Source of the DNA: Candidatus Margulisiibacteriota bacterium
GTDB taxonomy: Bacteria; Margulisbacteria; Termititenacia; CAZZFK01
Assembly (NCBI GenBank): GCA_042562495.1
Contig: JBHPMC010000002.1
Span: 12,425 to 76,424, forward strand
Direction of reading: 5' to 3'
DNA length: 64,000 nt
Under the pieces are notes generated by a model. That model worked only from the letters and a program-made list of their open reading frames with translations. It was not told the origin of the DNA and did no database searches. Both the position numbers and the translations under genes were made by a program. This document shows, in pieces, positions 20,197-28,931 of this stretch (positions are counted from its first letter, which is position 1; each line of letters begins with the position of its first letter).

Positions 20197-20223
20197 TATC
20201 GTAAGCTAATCAGAGAAATTGCA
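20197..20223 (-). promoter_or_regulatory. Sigma-28-like promoter motif (TGCAAT variant)
   Basis: Minus strand reads TGCAAT ttctctgattag CTTACGATA, 56 nt upstream of the rtcB start. Confidence 0.5.
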
Positions 20224-20231
20224 GTGAATTA

Positions 20232-21872
20232 TTATTCTTTAAGAAAAGATAATTTATCTATGTAGACAGTTTCTTTTCCTTGTTTTGGAAAATTTACAAC
20301 AATAGCCGCTAAATTTTCTGTATCGACCTCAAAATCCCGCAAAGGCAGGAGTACCCACTGCCATTGACCGGTCAAATTCTTGATCTTAATGCGCTTAAAG
20401 GTCGCCGATCGGTCCATATTTGTTGCTTCTTCGGCCTTTTGGTCGACAAGATAGATCTCCAGGACCGCAGCTTCACCCCCACGGACCTGGAAGGCCAGTT
20501 TATTGTATTCAGAAGCATCAAAAGATTTATCTTTGATCTTTAAAGATGTCATAAATCCGCAAAGCCCGCTGCCTGGTTGTGTATATTCTATTTTTAAGCA
20601 GGGATCATCTTTGGCAAAAGCACCTTCCAAGGTCTGGTTTACTTTGATCTTGGCCGAACCATCTTCGAAGGTTTTTAATCGATTGCCCAGATCATTGGTC
20701 AAGCCATTGTCAAAACTATGAATATTAAAACGATCCAGCGGTTCATCTGTCTTATATTTCTTGAATTCCCGGGTCGATAAGCTGAGATCATCGATAAAGA
20801 TAGTAGTTGTTTTATTGTCCGGAAAGATCAGGAATAGCTCGCGAACTTGTTTTAAAGGTAATTTACCAAAATCATCCAAGGGGACATGTACTTCTTCCCA
20901 ATCTTTAGTTAATTTATGGCCTAAATATCTGCTGATGCTATTGGCTCTCCAGGGGACTTCACGAGAACGAGGATTCTTATCCGAGATCGCGATATCTGCA
21001 TCTTCTCCGCCTTTTGCTCCACGTACTTTAAAGATCAGTGTCTTATAAGGCCTGGCATCAAAGAACTTTTCTCCCTGCTGTAGAGAATTAGCATAGATGC
21101 TCCAGCCGCGGTCCTTATTTACGGCAGTGATCTTCAAGCAGCGGTCTTTTTGGCTACTATCTTTCATCATACGTTCAACAGAGATCTCGGAAGGAGCCAG
21201 AGAATAGATCCGGTCCTTTTGGCCGAAACGATTTAAATTATCATTAAAATGATCGATCAGGTAAGCACCGGGAACATTATCTTTGTAGAGATCAGAATTA
21301 TGATCGAAGAACTTTATTTTTTGGATCTTAAATTCCCCCGGACCGTTGGTGTTGGCATAGATACGGACATTGGTGACCTTTTTAAGATCTATTTCTGGAT
21401 AAGCAGAGAGCGGGATCAAGTAGAGCTGTTCCCCCTGCCAGTGATCGGTGAGTGAGATAAGCTTGGCCCTATCGAGCTCGTTCTTTTCTTTGGTGCCGAC
21501 CAGGGCTACGAAGAAATCACGGTCGGGAGGAAAATAGCCGGTGATACCCAGCTCATCAAAGTTGCGGGCATCTAAATATTTCTTTTTATTGAGCACAATA
21601 TTAGAATAAAATCCGACCACGGCCCCCACAGCTTTGTTATAGTTGATCACTCCATAGAAATCTTTATATGTGAATTTTGCTGTAGATGGTTTTTGGACTA
21701 AGGTCCCGTGCTGGCCGCGTAATCTATTATAACGCAGAGAGTTACTAGATCTAAAATTCTCAACTTCAATAGTCTTATAAGGAATATATTTTGCTTTTTT
21801 CTTGGCAGCAGCCGGTAGGATCATCAGCAAACATAAAAGCAGGAGTAAGGAGATCTTTAATTTGCTGTTCAT
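20232..21872 (-). CDS. Secreted protein with repeated beta-sandwich (CBM/CIA30-like) modules
   Basis: 546 aa with signal peptide LLLLCLLMILPAAA. Internal repeats are visible (CLKITAVNKDRGWS...LIFKVRG...IFIDDLSL versus CLKIEYTQPGSGLCG...LAFQVRG...VYIDKLSF). Its start overlaps the ruvA stop by 4 nt. Confidence 0.5.
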   Translation of the reverse strand: MNSKLKISLLLLLCLLMILPAAAKKKAKYIPYKTIEVENFRSSNSLRYNRLRGQHGTLVQKPSTAKFTYKDFYGVINYNKAVGAVVGFYSNIVLNKKKYLDARNFDELGITGYFPPDRDFFVALVGTKEKNELDRAKLISLTDHWQGEQLYLIPLSAYPEIDLKKVTNVRIYANTNGPGEFKIQKIKFFDHNSDLYKDNVPGAYLIDHFNDNLNRFGQKDRIYSLAPSEISVERMMKDSSQKDRCLKITAVNKDRGWSIYANSLQQGEKFFDARPYKTLIFKVRGAKGGEDADIAISDKNPRSREVPWRANSISRYLGHKLTKDWEEVHVPLDDFGKLPLKQVRELFLIFPDNKTTTIFIDDLSLSTREFKKYKTDEPLDRFNIHSFDNGLTNDLGNRLKTFEDGSAKIKVNQTLEGAFAKDDPCLKIEYTQPGSGLCGFMTSLKIKDKSFDASEYNKLAFQVRGGEAAVLEIYLVDQKAEEATNMDRSATFKRIKIKNLTGQWQWVLLPLRDFEVDTENLAAIVVNFPKQGKETVYIDKLSFLKE

Positions 21873-22474
21873 AGGTGTTTTAAGGTCTGGCGGACCACAT
21901 CTTCCGCGGAAGAATCTTTTTTGAGGTCCTTCAATTTACTCAGCGCATGCTTGATCTCTTTAGCGTTGTAGCCAAGAGTTGATAGCGCAGAGGTAACATC
22001 CTGGACGACATTCGTCGGCAGGGCCAGCTGCTTGGGCATATCCTTATCCATCTCAAAGCTTTCTGGGGCCAGAGAAATGATCTTATCCTTAAGATCGATG
22101 ATCAGCCGCTCGGCAGTCTTCTTGCCGATACCGTGCAGGCGCGACATAAAAGCAGCATCGCCGGTAGCTATCGCTTTGATCAATTTTTCGACCGGGACCT
22201 CGGAGAGGATGTTCATGGCGATCTTGGGGCCGACACCTGAGACCGAGATCAGCAATAGAAAAAGTTTTTTCTGATGCGGGGTCAGAAAGCCGTACATGGT
22301 CTGCGAGGTTTCGGTCACATGTAAATAAGTATAGAGCTTGGCCTTATCGCCGATATCCGGCAGCAGGCCTTCATAGCTTTTAGGGAACATGACCTCATAG
22401 CCGATCCCCTGGACATTGATCAGCAGCAGCCCGCTTTCTTTATGATCCAATATTCCTTCTAAAGATCCGATCAT
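21869..22474 (-). CDS. ruvA: Holliday junction DNA helicase subunit RuvA
   Basis: 201 aa. N-terminal OB fold (MIGSLEGIL...VQGIGYEV) and HhH motifs (ISVSGVGPKIA, LHGIGKKTAERL). Confidence 0.9.
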   Translation of the reverse strand: MIGSLEGILDHKESGLLLINVQGIGYEVMFPKSYEGLLPDIGDKAKLYTYLHVTETSQTMYGFLTPHQKKLFLLLISVSGVGPKIAMNILSEVPVEKLIKAIATGDAAFMSRLHGIGKKTAERLIIDLKDKIISLAPESFEMDKDMPKQLALPTNVVQDVTSALSTLGYNAKEIKHALSKLKDLKKDSSAEDVVRQTLKHL

Positions 22475-22986
22475 TAGAACTCCTGCTTTATATTATAATT
22501 TCTGGCTGATTGCAGATGGCAATAAGCAATGGCAATGGCATCGGCCGCATCATCTGGTTTGGGGATCTTGCTTAGGTTCAGCAGCCGCTTGGTCATTTCC
22601 TGCACCTGTTTTTTATCAGCGCGTCCGTAACCGGTGACCGCTTGTTTGACCTGTTGGGGATTATAGGAAAAGGTCTCGATATCAGCTTGCGCTGCGGAAA
22701 GCAGGGCAACGCCGCGGGCTTGAGCCACCGAGATAGCGGTCTTAACATTTTTACTGAAAAAAAGATTTTCAATGGCCATTACTTCCGGTTTGTATTTTTT
22801 TAGGATCTTTTTAAGCTCGCTATTTATTTTGGCCAAGCGCTTGGGTAGCGCGGTCTTAGCAGAGGTAGTGATGCAGCCATATTTCAGAAGGGATAATTTA
22901 TTTCCTTTTTTAAGGAGCAAGCTATAACCCATGTTGGCCGTGCCAGGGTCGATTCCGATCACTATCTGCTCGCTATTTTTTTGCAT
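22474..22986 (-). CDS. ruvC: Holliday junction resolvase RuvC
   Basis: 170 aa. IGIDPGTANMGY, AIENLFF and DAADAIAIAYCH catalytic acidic residues. Confidence 0.9.
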   Translation of the reverse strand: MQKNSEQIVIGIDPGTANMGYSLLLKKGNKLSLLKYGCITTSAKTALPKRLAKINSELKKILKKYKPEVMAIENLFFSKNVKTAISVAQARGVALLSAAQADIETFSYNPQQVKQAVTGYGRADKKQVQEMTKRLLNLSKIPKPDDAADAIAIAYCHLQSARNYNIKQEF

Positions 22987-22989
22987 GAA

Positions 22990-23637
22990 CTAATCCTTTT
23001 TGAGCTCAGGAAGTTCTTTGAATTTATGCTTACTCAATACTCCTCCGGAAACGATCAATTTTAAAGCATCATCTAAGTTCATATCCAGAGGGATAACCAT
23101 ATTCCTGGGGACCAGGACCATAAAGCCTGTGGCCGGAGTAGGAGTGGAAGGCACGAACACATTGAGCAGATCCTTCTTGGTCTTCTGCTCGATCTCCAGA
23201 GGAGCTTCATTGGTCAAAAAAGCTACGGTGTATACACCCGGATGAGGATAGGGGATCAAGCAGGCCTTGCGGAACATGGTCTTTTCTTTCTGAAGAAAAA
23301 GGATCTCGTTGATCTGTTTGGCGGTGGAATAAATGCTTTTTACGATAGGGATCTTGATCACGGCTTTTTCTGCCCAGCCGAAGATACGAGTAATGAAAAC
23401 ATTGGTGCCCAGGTAACCAAGAATAATAATAAATAATATTGAGACGATCAGCCCGACACCTTGAGGCGGGGCCCAGGGCAGTATTTGCAGAGGGGCGGTC
23501 AGGATATTATCTGCTATGCCGACCAATAATTGCAGAATATAAATAGTTACAGCTAGTGGAAATAGTAAGATAAGGCCGTTAAAAAAATACTTGCCAAACT
23601 TTCCGCGGATACTTTCGGGATGTTTGTTTTCTACCAT
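22990..23637 (-). CDS. DUF502-family membrane protein
   Basis: 215 aa. Two N-terminal TM helices and the conserved STPTPATGF segment typical of DUF502. Confidence 0.6.
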   Translation of the reverse strand: MVENKHPESIRGKFGKYFFNGLILLFPLAVTIYILQLLVGIADNILTAPLQILPWAPPQGVGLIVSILFIIILGYLGTNVFITRIFGWAEKAVIKIPIVKSIYSTAKQINEILFLQKEKTMFRKACLIPYPHPGVYTVAFLTNEAPLEIEQKTKKDLLNVFVPSTPTPATGFMVLVPRNMVIPLDMNLDDALKLIVSGGVLSKHKFKELPELKKD

Positions 23638-23785
23638 GAAAAAAGTGTAGCATGCAGTAAGTAGGTCGTCAAATTTATTGTAATCATAGCTAAAAACGGC
23701 TATTTTCTACTTGGACTTAGCCTATTAAATATGTTATTCTTTTGCCGGATAAAAGGCCTATAGAAAGGACAGGGGGGTTTTAGTA

Positions 23786-24292
23786 GTGAAGATGGATTTT
23801 GAAGTCATTATTTCTAAATTCAAGAACCGATTTAAAGCTATCTGTCCTGATTTCCCTGATTGCATCGGAGAAGGGGATAGTGAAGAAGAGGCCATGGAAG
23901 ATCTGGGCAACGTGATCACCTTGCATTTAGGTGATACAGTGCGCCGGACCATGGATGATGTTAAGCAATTAGGGCTACTGCGCCGTGTTTCTGAAGTTGA
24001 TAATGATCAGGGCAAGCCTTTAAAAAAGTCTCTCTCTTTTAAAAAAGATCCCTTAACCAAAGAAGGCAAGATAATGTTTGCCGGTAAATTGCCTATTCAG
24101 CAGGAGTGGCTGAAAAAAATCGATAAAAGCCACAAGGGTTCAAAAGTTAAGAAGATCTTGGGTATTGGCAGTGTTTCCGGATTAGGTTCCTCAGCTATGT
24201 TTAATCCGCTTTTAGATGAGCTGCAAAGCCCTTTCACCACTGAATTGATGGATGAAGGGCTGTTGTTCGGCGTTCCTCTTTCACTTAATTAA
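23786..24292 (+). CDS. Hypothetical protein with HicB/UPF0150-like N-terminal fold
   Basis: 168 aa. The N-terminus (FEVIISKFKNRFKAICPDFPDCIGEGDSEEEAMEDLGNVITLHL) resembles HicB-like antitoxin domains. No HicA partner is visible. Confidence 0.4.
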   Translation: MKMDFEVIISKFKNRFKAICPDFPDCIGEGDSEEEAMEDLGNVITLHLGDTVRRTMDDVKQLGLLRRVSEVDNDQGKPLKKSLSFKKDPLTKEGKIMFAGKLPIQQEWLKKIDKSHKGSKVKKILGIGSVSGLGSSAMFNPLLDELQSPFTTELMDEGLLFGVPLSLN

Positions 24293-24299
24293 TTTCAAA

Positions 24300-26039
24300 A
24301 TGAGTAAAAAAGCCGCAAGTGTGACGAATCCATCACTAGAAACATATCGTCATAGCATAGCGCATGTCATGGCTGCTGCAGTTCTGCAATTATTCCCGGA
24401 TGCCAAGATAGCGATCGGTCCGTCCATTGCTGAAGGATTTTATTATGATTTTGATCTGCCGCAGACACTGCATCCTCAGGATCTGCAAAAAATAGAAAAG
24501 CGGATGAAGAAGTTGATCAGCCAGAACCTGGTCTTTGAAAAAAAGATCCTGCCTAAAGCCGAGGTCGTTAAAATGATGGATAAATTGGGGCAGATCTATA
24601 AATTAGAACTCTTGAAAGATATTCAGGAGAACGAGGTCTCGGTATATCAGACCGGGGATTTTATCGATCTTTGCCGAGGTCCGCATGTGGATTCGACAAA
24701 AGAGCTTAAAGTTTTTAAATTACTCAAAGTAGCCGGAGCATATTGGCGGGGTGATGAAAAGAACAAGATGCTACAGCGGATCTATGGTACGGCCTTTATA
24801 AAGCAAGAAGAGCTGGATAAACATTTAAAGAATTTGGCAGAAGCAGAGAAGCGTGATCATCGACGTTTAGGTAAAGATCTGGAGCTTTTTAGTTTTCATG
24901 AAGAAGCTCCGGCCAATGTTTTCTTTCATCCCAAGGGTACTTTTATTTTTAATACATTATTGGATTTTGCCAGAGCTGAAAATACGAAGCGTGGTTATCA
25001 AGAAGTAATGACCCCTCTGATCCTGAGTTCTTCTTTATGGCATAGATCAGGGCACTGGGATAATTACCGGGATAATATGTATTTTACGGATATCGACGGC
25101 AAGGAATTCGCGGTCAAGCCGATGAATTGTCCAGGCGGGCTTTTGATCTATCGTTCCAAGCGCCATTCCTATCGGGAACTACCCCTGCGGATAGCGGAAT
25201 TCGGGCGGGTCCATCGTCATGAAAAAAGCGGAGTGACCCATGGCATGTTCAGAGTGCGTACCTTTGTTCAGGATGATGCCCATATTTACTGTTCCGAAGA
25301 CCAGCTCGAGGCGGAGATCAAAGGTGTTATCGAGCAGGTCTTTTATACCTACAAAGCTTTTGGTTTCAATGATGTCAGTATTGAGCTTTCCACAATGCCA
25401 GAACAGGATTTTGTTGATAAAAAGACAGCGGACAAAGCTGAAAGTGCTTTAAAAGCTGCTTTGGAACATTCTAAGATAAAATATAAACTCAATCCTGGTG
25501 ATGGTGCTTTTTATGGTCCTAAAATAGATTTTCATATTAAGGATTGTCTGGGCCGGAATTGGCAATGCGGGACTATCCAGCTGGATTTTTCCATGCCGCG
25601 TCGTTTTGAGCTGGAGTATACCGGGAGCGACAGTAAGCTGCATACCCCGGTCATGATCCATCGGGCGATATTCGGATCACTGGAAAGGTTCTTTGGTATA
25701 TTGATCGAGCATTATGCGGGAGCATTTCCGATGTGGCTGGCACCTGTGCAGGTAAAGATCCTGCCAATTGCGGATCGTCATTTTAAATATTCAGAGAAGA
25801 TCCAAAAAGAATTAATGGCCAAAGGCTTGCGAGTGGAAGTGGATGAGACGAGCGAAAAGGTCGGGCATAAGATCCGTTTGGCCCAATTACAAAAAGTTCC
25901 CTACATGCTGATAATCGGTGATAAGGAAGTTAAATCAAAAAAGGTCGCACTGCGTTCCAGGAAAGATGGGGATCTGGGCAGCAAAGCCTTGACCAGTTGT
26001 TTGAAGCTTTTCTCCAAAGAAGTAGAAGAACGCAAATAA
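24300..26039 (+). CDS. thrS: Threonine--tRNA ligase lacking the N-terminal TGS domain
   Basis: Start moved to ATG 24300 (MSKKAASV...) because the track's 24252 start overlaps the previous gene. The protein opens directly with editing-domain motif RHSIAHVMAAAV...GFYYDFDL. Class-II catalytic core (FRVRTFVQDDAHIY) and an anticodon-binding C-terminus follow. Confidence 0.9.
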   Translation: MSKKAASVTNPSLETYRHSIAHVMAAAVLQLFPDAKIAIGPSIAEGFYYDFDLPQTLHPQDLQKIEKRMKKLISQNLVFEKKILPKAEVVKMMDKLGQIYKLELLKDIQENEVSVYQTGDFIDLCRGPHVDSTKELKVFKLLKVAGAYWRGDEKNKMLQRIYGTAFIKQEELDKHLKNLAEAEKRDHRRLGKDLELFSFHEEAPANVFFHPKGTFIFNTLLDFARAENTKRGYQEVMTPLILSSSLWHRSGHWDNYRDNMYFTDIDGKEFAVKPMNCPGGLLIYRSKRHSYRELPLRIAEFGRVHRHEKSGVTHGMFRVRTFVQDDAHIYCSEDQLEAEIKGVIEQVFYTYKAFGFNDVSIELSTMPEQDFVDKKTADKAESALKAALEHSKIKYKLNPGDGAFYGPKIDFHIKDCLGRNWQCGTIQLDFSMPRRFELEYTGSDSKLHTPVMIHRAIFGSLERFFGILIEHYAGAFPMWLAPVQVKILPIADRHFKYSEKIQKELMAKGLRVEVDETSEKVGHKIRLAQLQKVPYMLIIGDKEVKSKKVALRSRKDGDLGSKALTSCLKLFSKEVEERK

Positions 26040-26048
26040 ATCCTTAAA

Positions 26049-27695
26049 TTATTTAGGGTCGTTCAAAGATACGTTCAGATATGCGATCTGAATACTACCT
26101 GTGATCTGAGCAATAGAATCTTTTAAGGTTAAACGAGATTGCTGATAATTACGGTATTGCTTATATACTTCGTAATACTGGTTGATCTTTTCCTGGAACA
26201 GCTCTAAATAATTAATAGCCTTATTTATCCTGAGTGCATTGCTGGGTTTATAATTCCGATGCGATATGTTTTCCAGGAATTCCGTAAGTGCTTTTAATGA
26301 GTTCAGCAGATCAGCCTTTTTCTTATTAGCGATCGCTGCTTGAAATAATTTCAACATGTTTTTCATTCCGCTCAAAGAGATGAGGTCAGTAAGTGTTTTC
26401 ATAAGATGTTTTTCCAAGAATTCTTTATTGCTTAATTTTATTTCGTTCAACAAAAGCTGGCATTCATTCTTTTTGGCCAAAGGAAGTGCCTTAGAGACCA
26501 GCTTAGTAATGTTGTTTATTTTTGTTGAAAAATCCTTTTGTTCAGAATTCAGGAGGAACATGTTCTTTTGATAACCGCTCTGCAAGCCTTCCAGGGTATT
26601 TAGGATATCCTGTAGGGTCTCAGGTATGGGTAGTGTCTTAAGCCCATGTTCAATATCTTTAAGCTGAGAATTGGCCAGGACATTACGGCGGCGATTGATC
26701 CTGCTTAGCTGGCTATTGAGCTCGACCAGCCTTTGTTTTAAATATTTCAAAATGACCTTGAGCGAAATCTGTAATTTTTTCTTAGAACCGGATAAGTTTT
26801 TAGATCTAACGGAGATCTGCTGTAGTTTTGTAGTATCAGCTAAAATATTGCTTATTCTGGCACGCAAATTAGTCTGAGCAGTAGTTTTACGCTGAGCCAG
26901 AATGGTTATATATTTTTTAAGATGAGTGCTGAAATTCAAAAGATTATTTTTTGTAAAAAAATCATTATTTTCTATATCCGCAAGACGATTTTCAAAATAG
27001 GTCAGGACGCTTTTTAGCTGACGACCATAGCTGACGATGCTTTCTAATTCATGAGCCTGCTGACGGATGAGCTGGTATTTCGAGGTATGCAAACGTACGG
27101 AGGTTTTTTCATATTTCCCTTTTTTTACTTTTTTCCAGCTGGTCGAAGGTAAGCTTAGAATATCACTTCTGTTCCGATATACTTTATATCCTGAGAGGGT
27201 TCTGGCCCCGGTCATGTGCAGATCAAGCGCTAGGGTATGCAACCAGTTCTGCCAATGTTTCAAAGCTTTATCTGTAGAAGTAGTACGGCCGATCAGCTCG
27301 CGTATGATCTGCATAGCATCAGAACAGTGGCTGACATTTGGGTAAAAAGGACTGGTAGAAACATTCGTATTATAACTACGCCCGGTGGTACGATGTTTTT
27401 CAACTTCTGCTAAGAATTCAAATACTTTATAGGATCTTTTTTCTAAATTGATCAAAATTGCCTTGATCTGTGGCTCAATTTTGGTCCAGCGCAGGGTCTT
27501 TTCTTTACTGCGCAGGCGTGATGATAGATCAGGCAGAGTATTCCTGATAAAGGGGCCTATGCCGGTTAAATGGTATTGTTCGATGGTATGTCTGGCCAGG
27601 GCAGGGTAGATCTCTACCAGACCCAGCACTTTAGGGCTGTGTTTGGCGAGCCAAACAGTATAAGCAATAATCTTGTTTAACATGATCTTCTGCAT
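26049..27695 (-). CDS. Hypothetical protein (548 aa), helical/coiled-coil-rich
   Basis: Long AT-rich ORF with no recognisable motifs. The sigma-28-like motif ends only 4 nt upstream of its first ATG. Confidence 0.55.
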   Translation of the reverse strand: MQKIMLNKIIAYTVWLAKHSPKVLGLVEIYPALARHTIEQYHLTGIGPFIRNTLPDLSSRLRSKEKTLRWTKIEPQIKAILINLEKRSYKVFEFLAEVEKHRTTGRSYNTNVSTSPFYPNVSHCSDAMQIIRELIGRTTSTDKALKHWQNWLHTLALDLHMTGARTLSGYKVYRNRSDILSLPSTSWKKVKKGKYEKTSVRLHTSKYQLIRQQAHELESIVSYGRQLKSVLTYFENRLADIENNDFFTKNNLLNFSTHLKKYITILAQRKTTAQTNLRARISNILADTTKLQQISVRSKNLSGSKKKLQISLKVILKYLKQRLVELNSQLSRINRRRNVLANSQLKDIEHGLKTLPIPETLQDILNTLEGLQSGYQKNMFLLNSEQKDFSTKINNITKLVSKALPLAKKNECQLLLNEIKLSNKEFLEKHLMKTLTDLISLSGMKNMLKLFQAAIANKKKADLLNSLKALTEFLENISHRNYKPSNALRINKAINYLELFQEKINQYYEVYKQYRNYQQSRLTLKDSIAQITGSIQIAYLNVSLNDPK

Positions 27696-27699
27696 ATTT

Positions 27700-27726
27700 A
27701 ATCGTAAGTTTTAAGGGGGGATTTCA
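27700..27726 (-). promoter_or_regulatory. Sigma-28-like promoter motif
   Basis: Minus strand reads TGAAAT ccccccttaaaa CTTACGATT, 4 nt from ATG 27695 and 16 nt from the second in-frame ATG at 27683. Confidence 0.55.
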
Positions 27727-27775
27727 TTTATTTTGAATTTTTACCGAAAAATAGGCAAAAAAACCGTTTTCTTTG

Positions 27776-27805
27776 TTGACACTGAATAAAAACAGAGGCT
27801 ATAAT
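27776..27805 (+). promoter_or_regulatory. Sigma-70-type promoter of infC-rpmI-rplT
   Basis: TTGACA (27776-27781), an 18-nt spacer, then TATAAT (27800-27805). Confidence 0.65.
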
Positions 27806-27850
27806 GACCATCCTTTTTGGAGGTGATAAAGCATCAGGAGAGATATTATT

Positions 27851-28342
27851 ATGAACAGGCAGATCCGAGCCGATGAAGTTCGGGTCATTGATGATTCAGG
27901 CAGTATGCTGGGCGTCATGAGCGTTGACGAAGGTGTTGCTAAAGCAAAAGAAAGAGGTCTGGATCTGATCCTTGTCTCCCCAAATGCTAATCCACCGGTT
28001 TGTAAGATCATTGAATATGGTCAATATAAATATGAGGCCAACCGCAAAGAAAAGAGTGCGAGGAAAAGCCAAAAAAGCGGTGTAGTGAAAGAATTGAAGA
28101 TGAGCCCGATAATCGGGGAGCATGATCTTCAAGTTCGGTTGAGACAGGCCGAAACATTTTTGAAAAAAGGACATAAGGTAAAGGTTTGTGTTGTTTTTCG
28201 GGGCAGGGCCAATACCCATCCGGAAGTAGGATTTGCTTTGATCGATAGATATCTGGAAGGCGTGGCTGAGTGGGGCCTGCCAGAGGAAGAGCCGAGGAAG
28301 ATCGGTCGTAATATTATAGTCATGCTGAGCCCGTTAAAATAA
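27851..28342 (+). CDS. infC: Translation initiation factor IF-3
   Basis: 163 aa from the ATG. IRADEVRVIDDSG, CKIIEYGQYKYE and C-terminal domain KELKMSP...RGR. In-frame ATT ATT immediately precedes the ATG (27845-27850), so an AUU start is possible. Confidence 0.9.
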   Translation: MNRQIRADEVRVIDDSGSMLGVMSVDEGVAKAKERGLDLILVSPNANPPVCKIIEYGQYKYEANRKEKSARKSQKSGVVKELKMSPIIGEHDLQVRLRQAETFLKKGHKVKVCVVFRGRANTHPEVGFALIDRYLEGVAEWGLPEEEPRKIGRNIIVMLSPLK

Positions 28343-28353
28343 GGAGTAAGAGA

Positions 28354-28557
28354 ATGCCAAAATTAAAAACAAAAAAATCGGCAGCTAAAAGGTTCAAGGT
28401 TACCGGCAACAAGAAGTTCTTGCGCCGGAAAGCCGGGATCAGCCATTTGTTGGGCCATGAAGATTCAGGAGAAAAAAGAGCTCGCCATCAAAAGGTCGAG
28501 ATCAGCCCTTCCGATGAATACAAGGTAGCCAGAATGCTGCCATACCGAGGTAAATAG
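28354..28557 (+). CDS. rpmI: 50S ribosomal protein L35
   Basis: 67 aa. [28 protein letters not shown]. Confidence 0.92.
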   Translation: MPKLKTKKSAAKRFKVTGNKKFLRRKAGISHLLGHEDSGEKRARHQKVEISPSDEYKVARMLPYRGK

Positions 28558-28567
28558 GAGGAAAAGA

Positions 28568-28915
28568 ATGAGAATCAAAAGAGGTAATGTTGCCAGAAAT
28601 AAAAGGAAAAAAGTATTAAAGCGAGCCAAAGGTTTTTATGGTGCTCGTGGCCGTTTATATGGTGTTGCTGCAAAGCCGGCGGTGACCAAAGCGGGAGTCT
28701 ATGCTTACTCACATCGTCGCACTAGAAGGCGCGATATGCGTGCACTTTGGATAATCCGGATCAGTGCTGCTGCCAAAGCTAATGGTGTTTCCTACAGCCA
28801 GCTGATCTTCATGCTTAAAAAAGCCAAGATCGCGTTGGATCGCAAGATCCTATCCGATATTGCTGCTACAGATGGCAAGGTTTTTTCCAAATTAGTAGAA
28901 GCTGTTAAGAATTAA
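28568..28915 (+). CDS. rplT: 50S ribosomal protein L20
   Basis: 115 aa. [25 protein letters not shown]...SYSQLI. Confidence 0.92.
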   Translation: MRIKRGNVARNKRKKVLKRAKGFYGARGRLYGVAAKPAVTKAGVYAYSHRRTRRRDMRALWIIRISAAAKANGVSYSQLIFMLKKAKIALDRKILSDIAATDGKVFSKLVEAVKN

Positions 28916-28931
28916 ATAGGAGCAGAATTCT

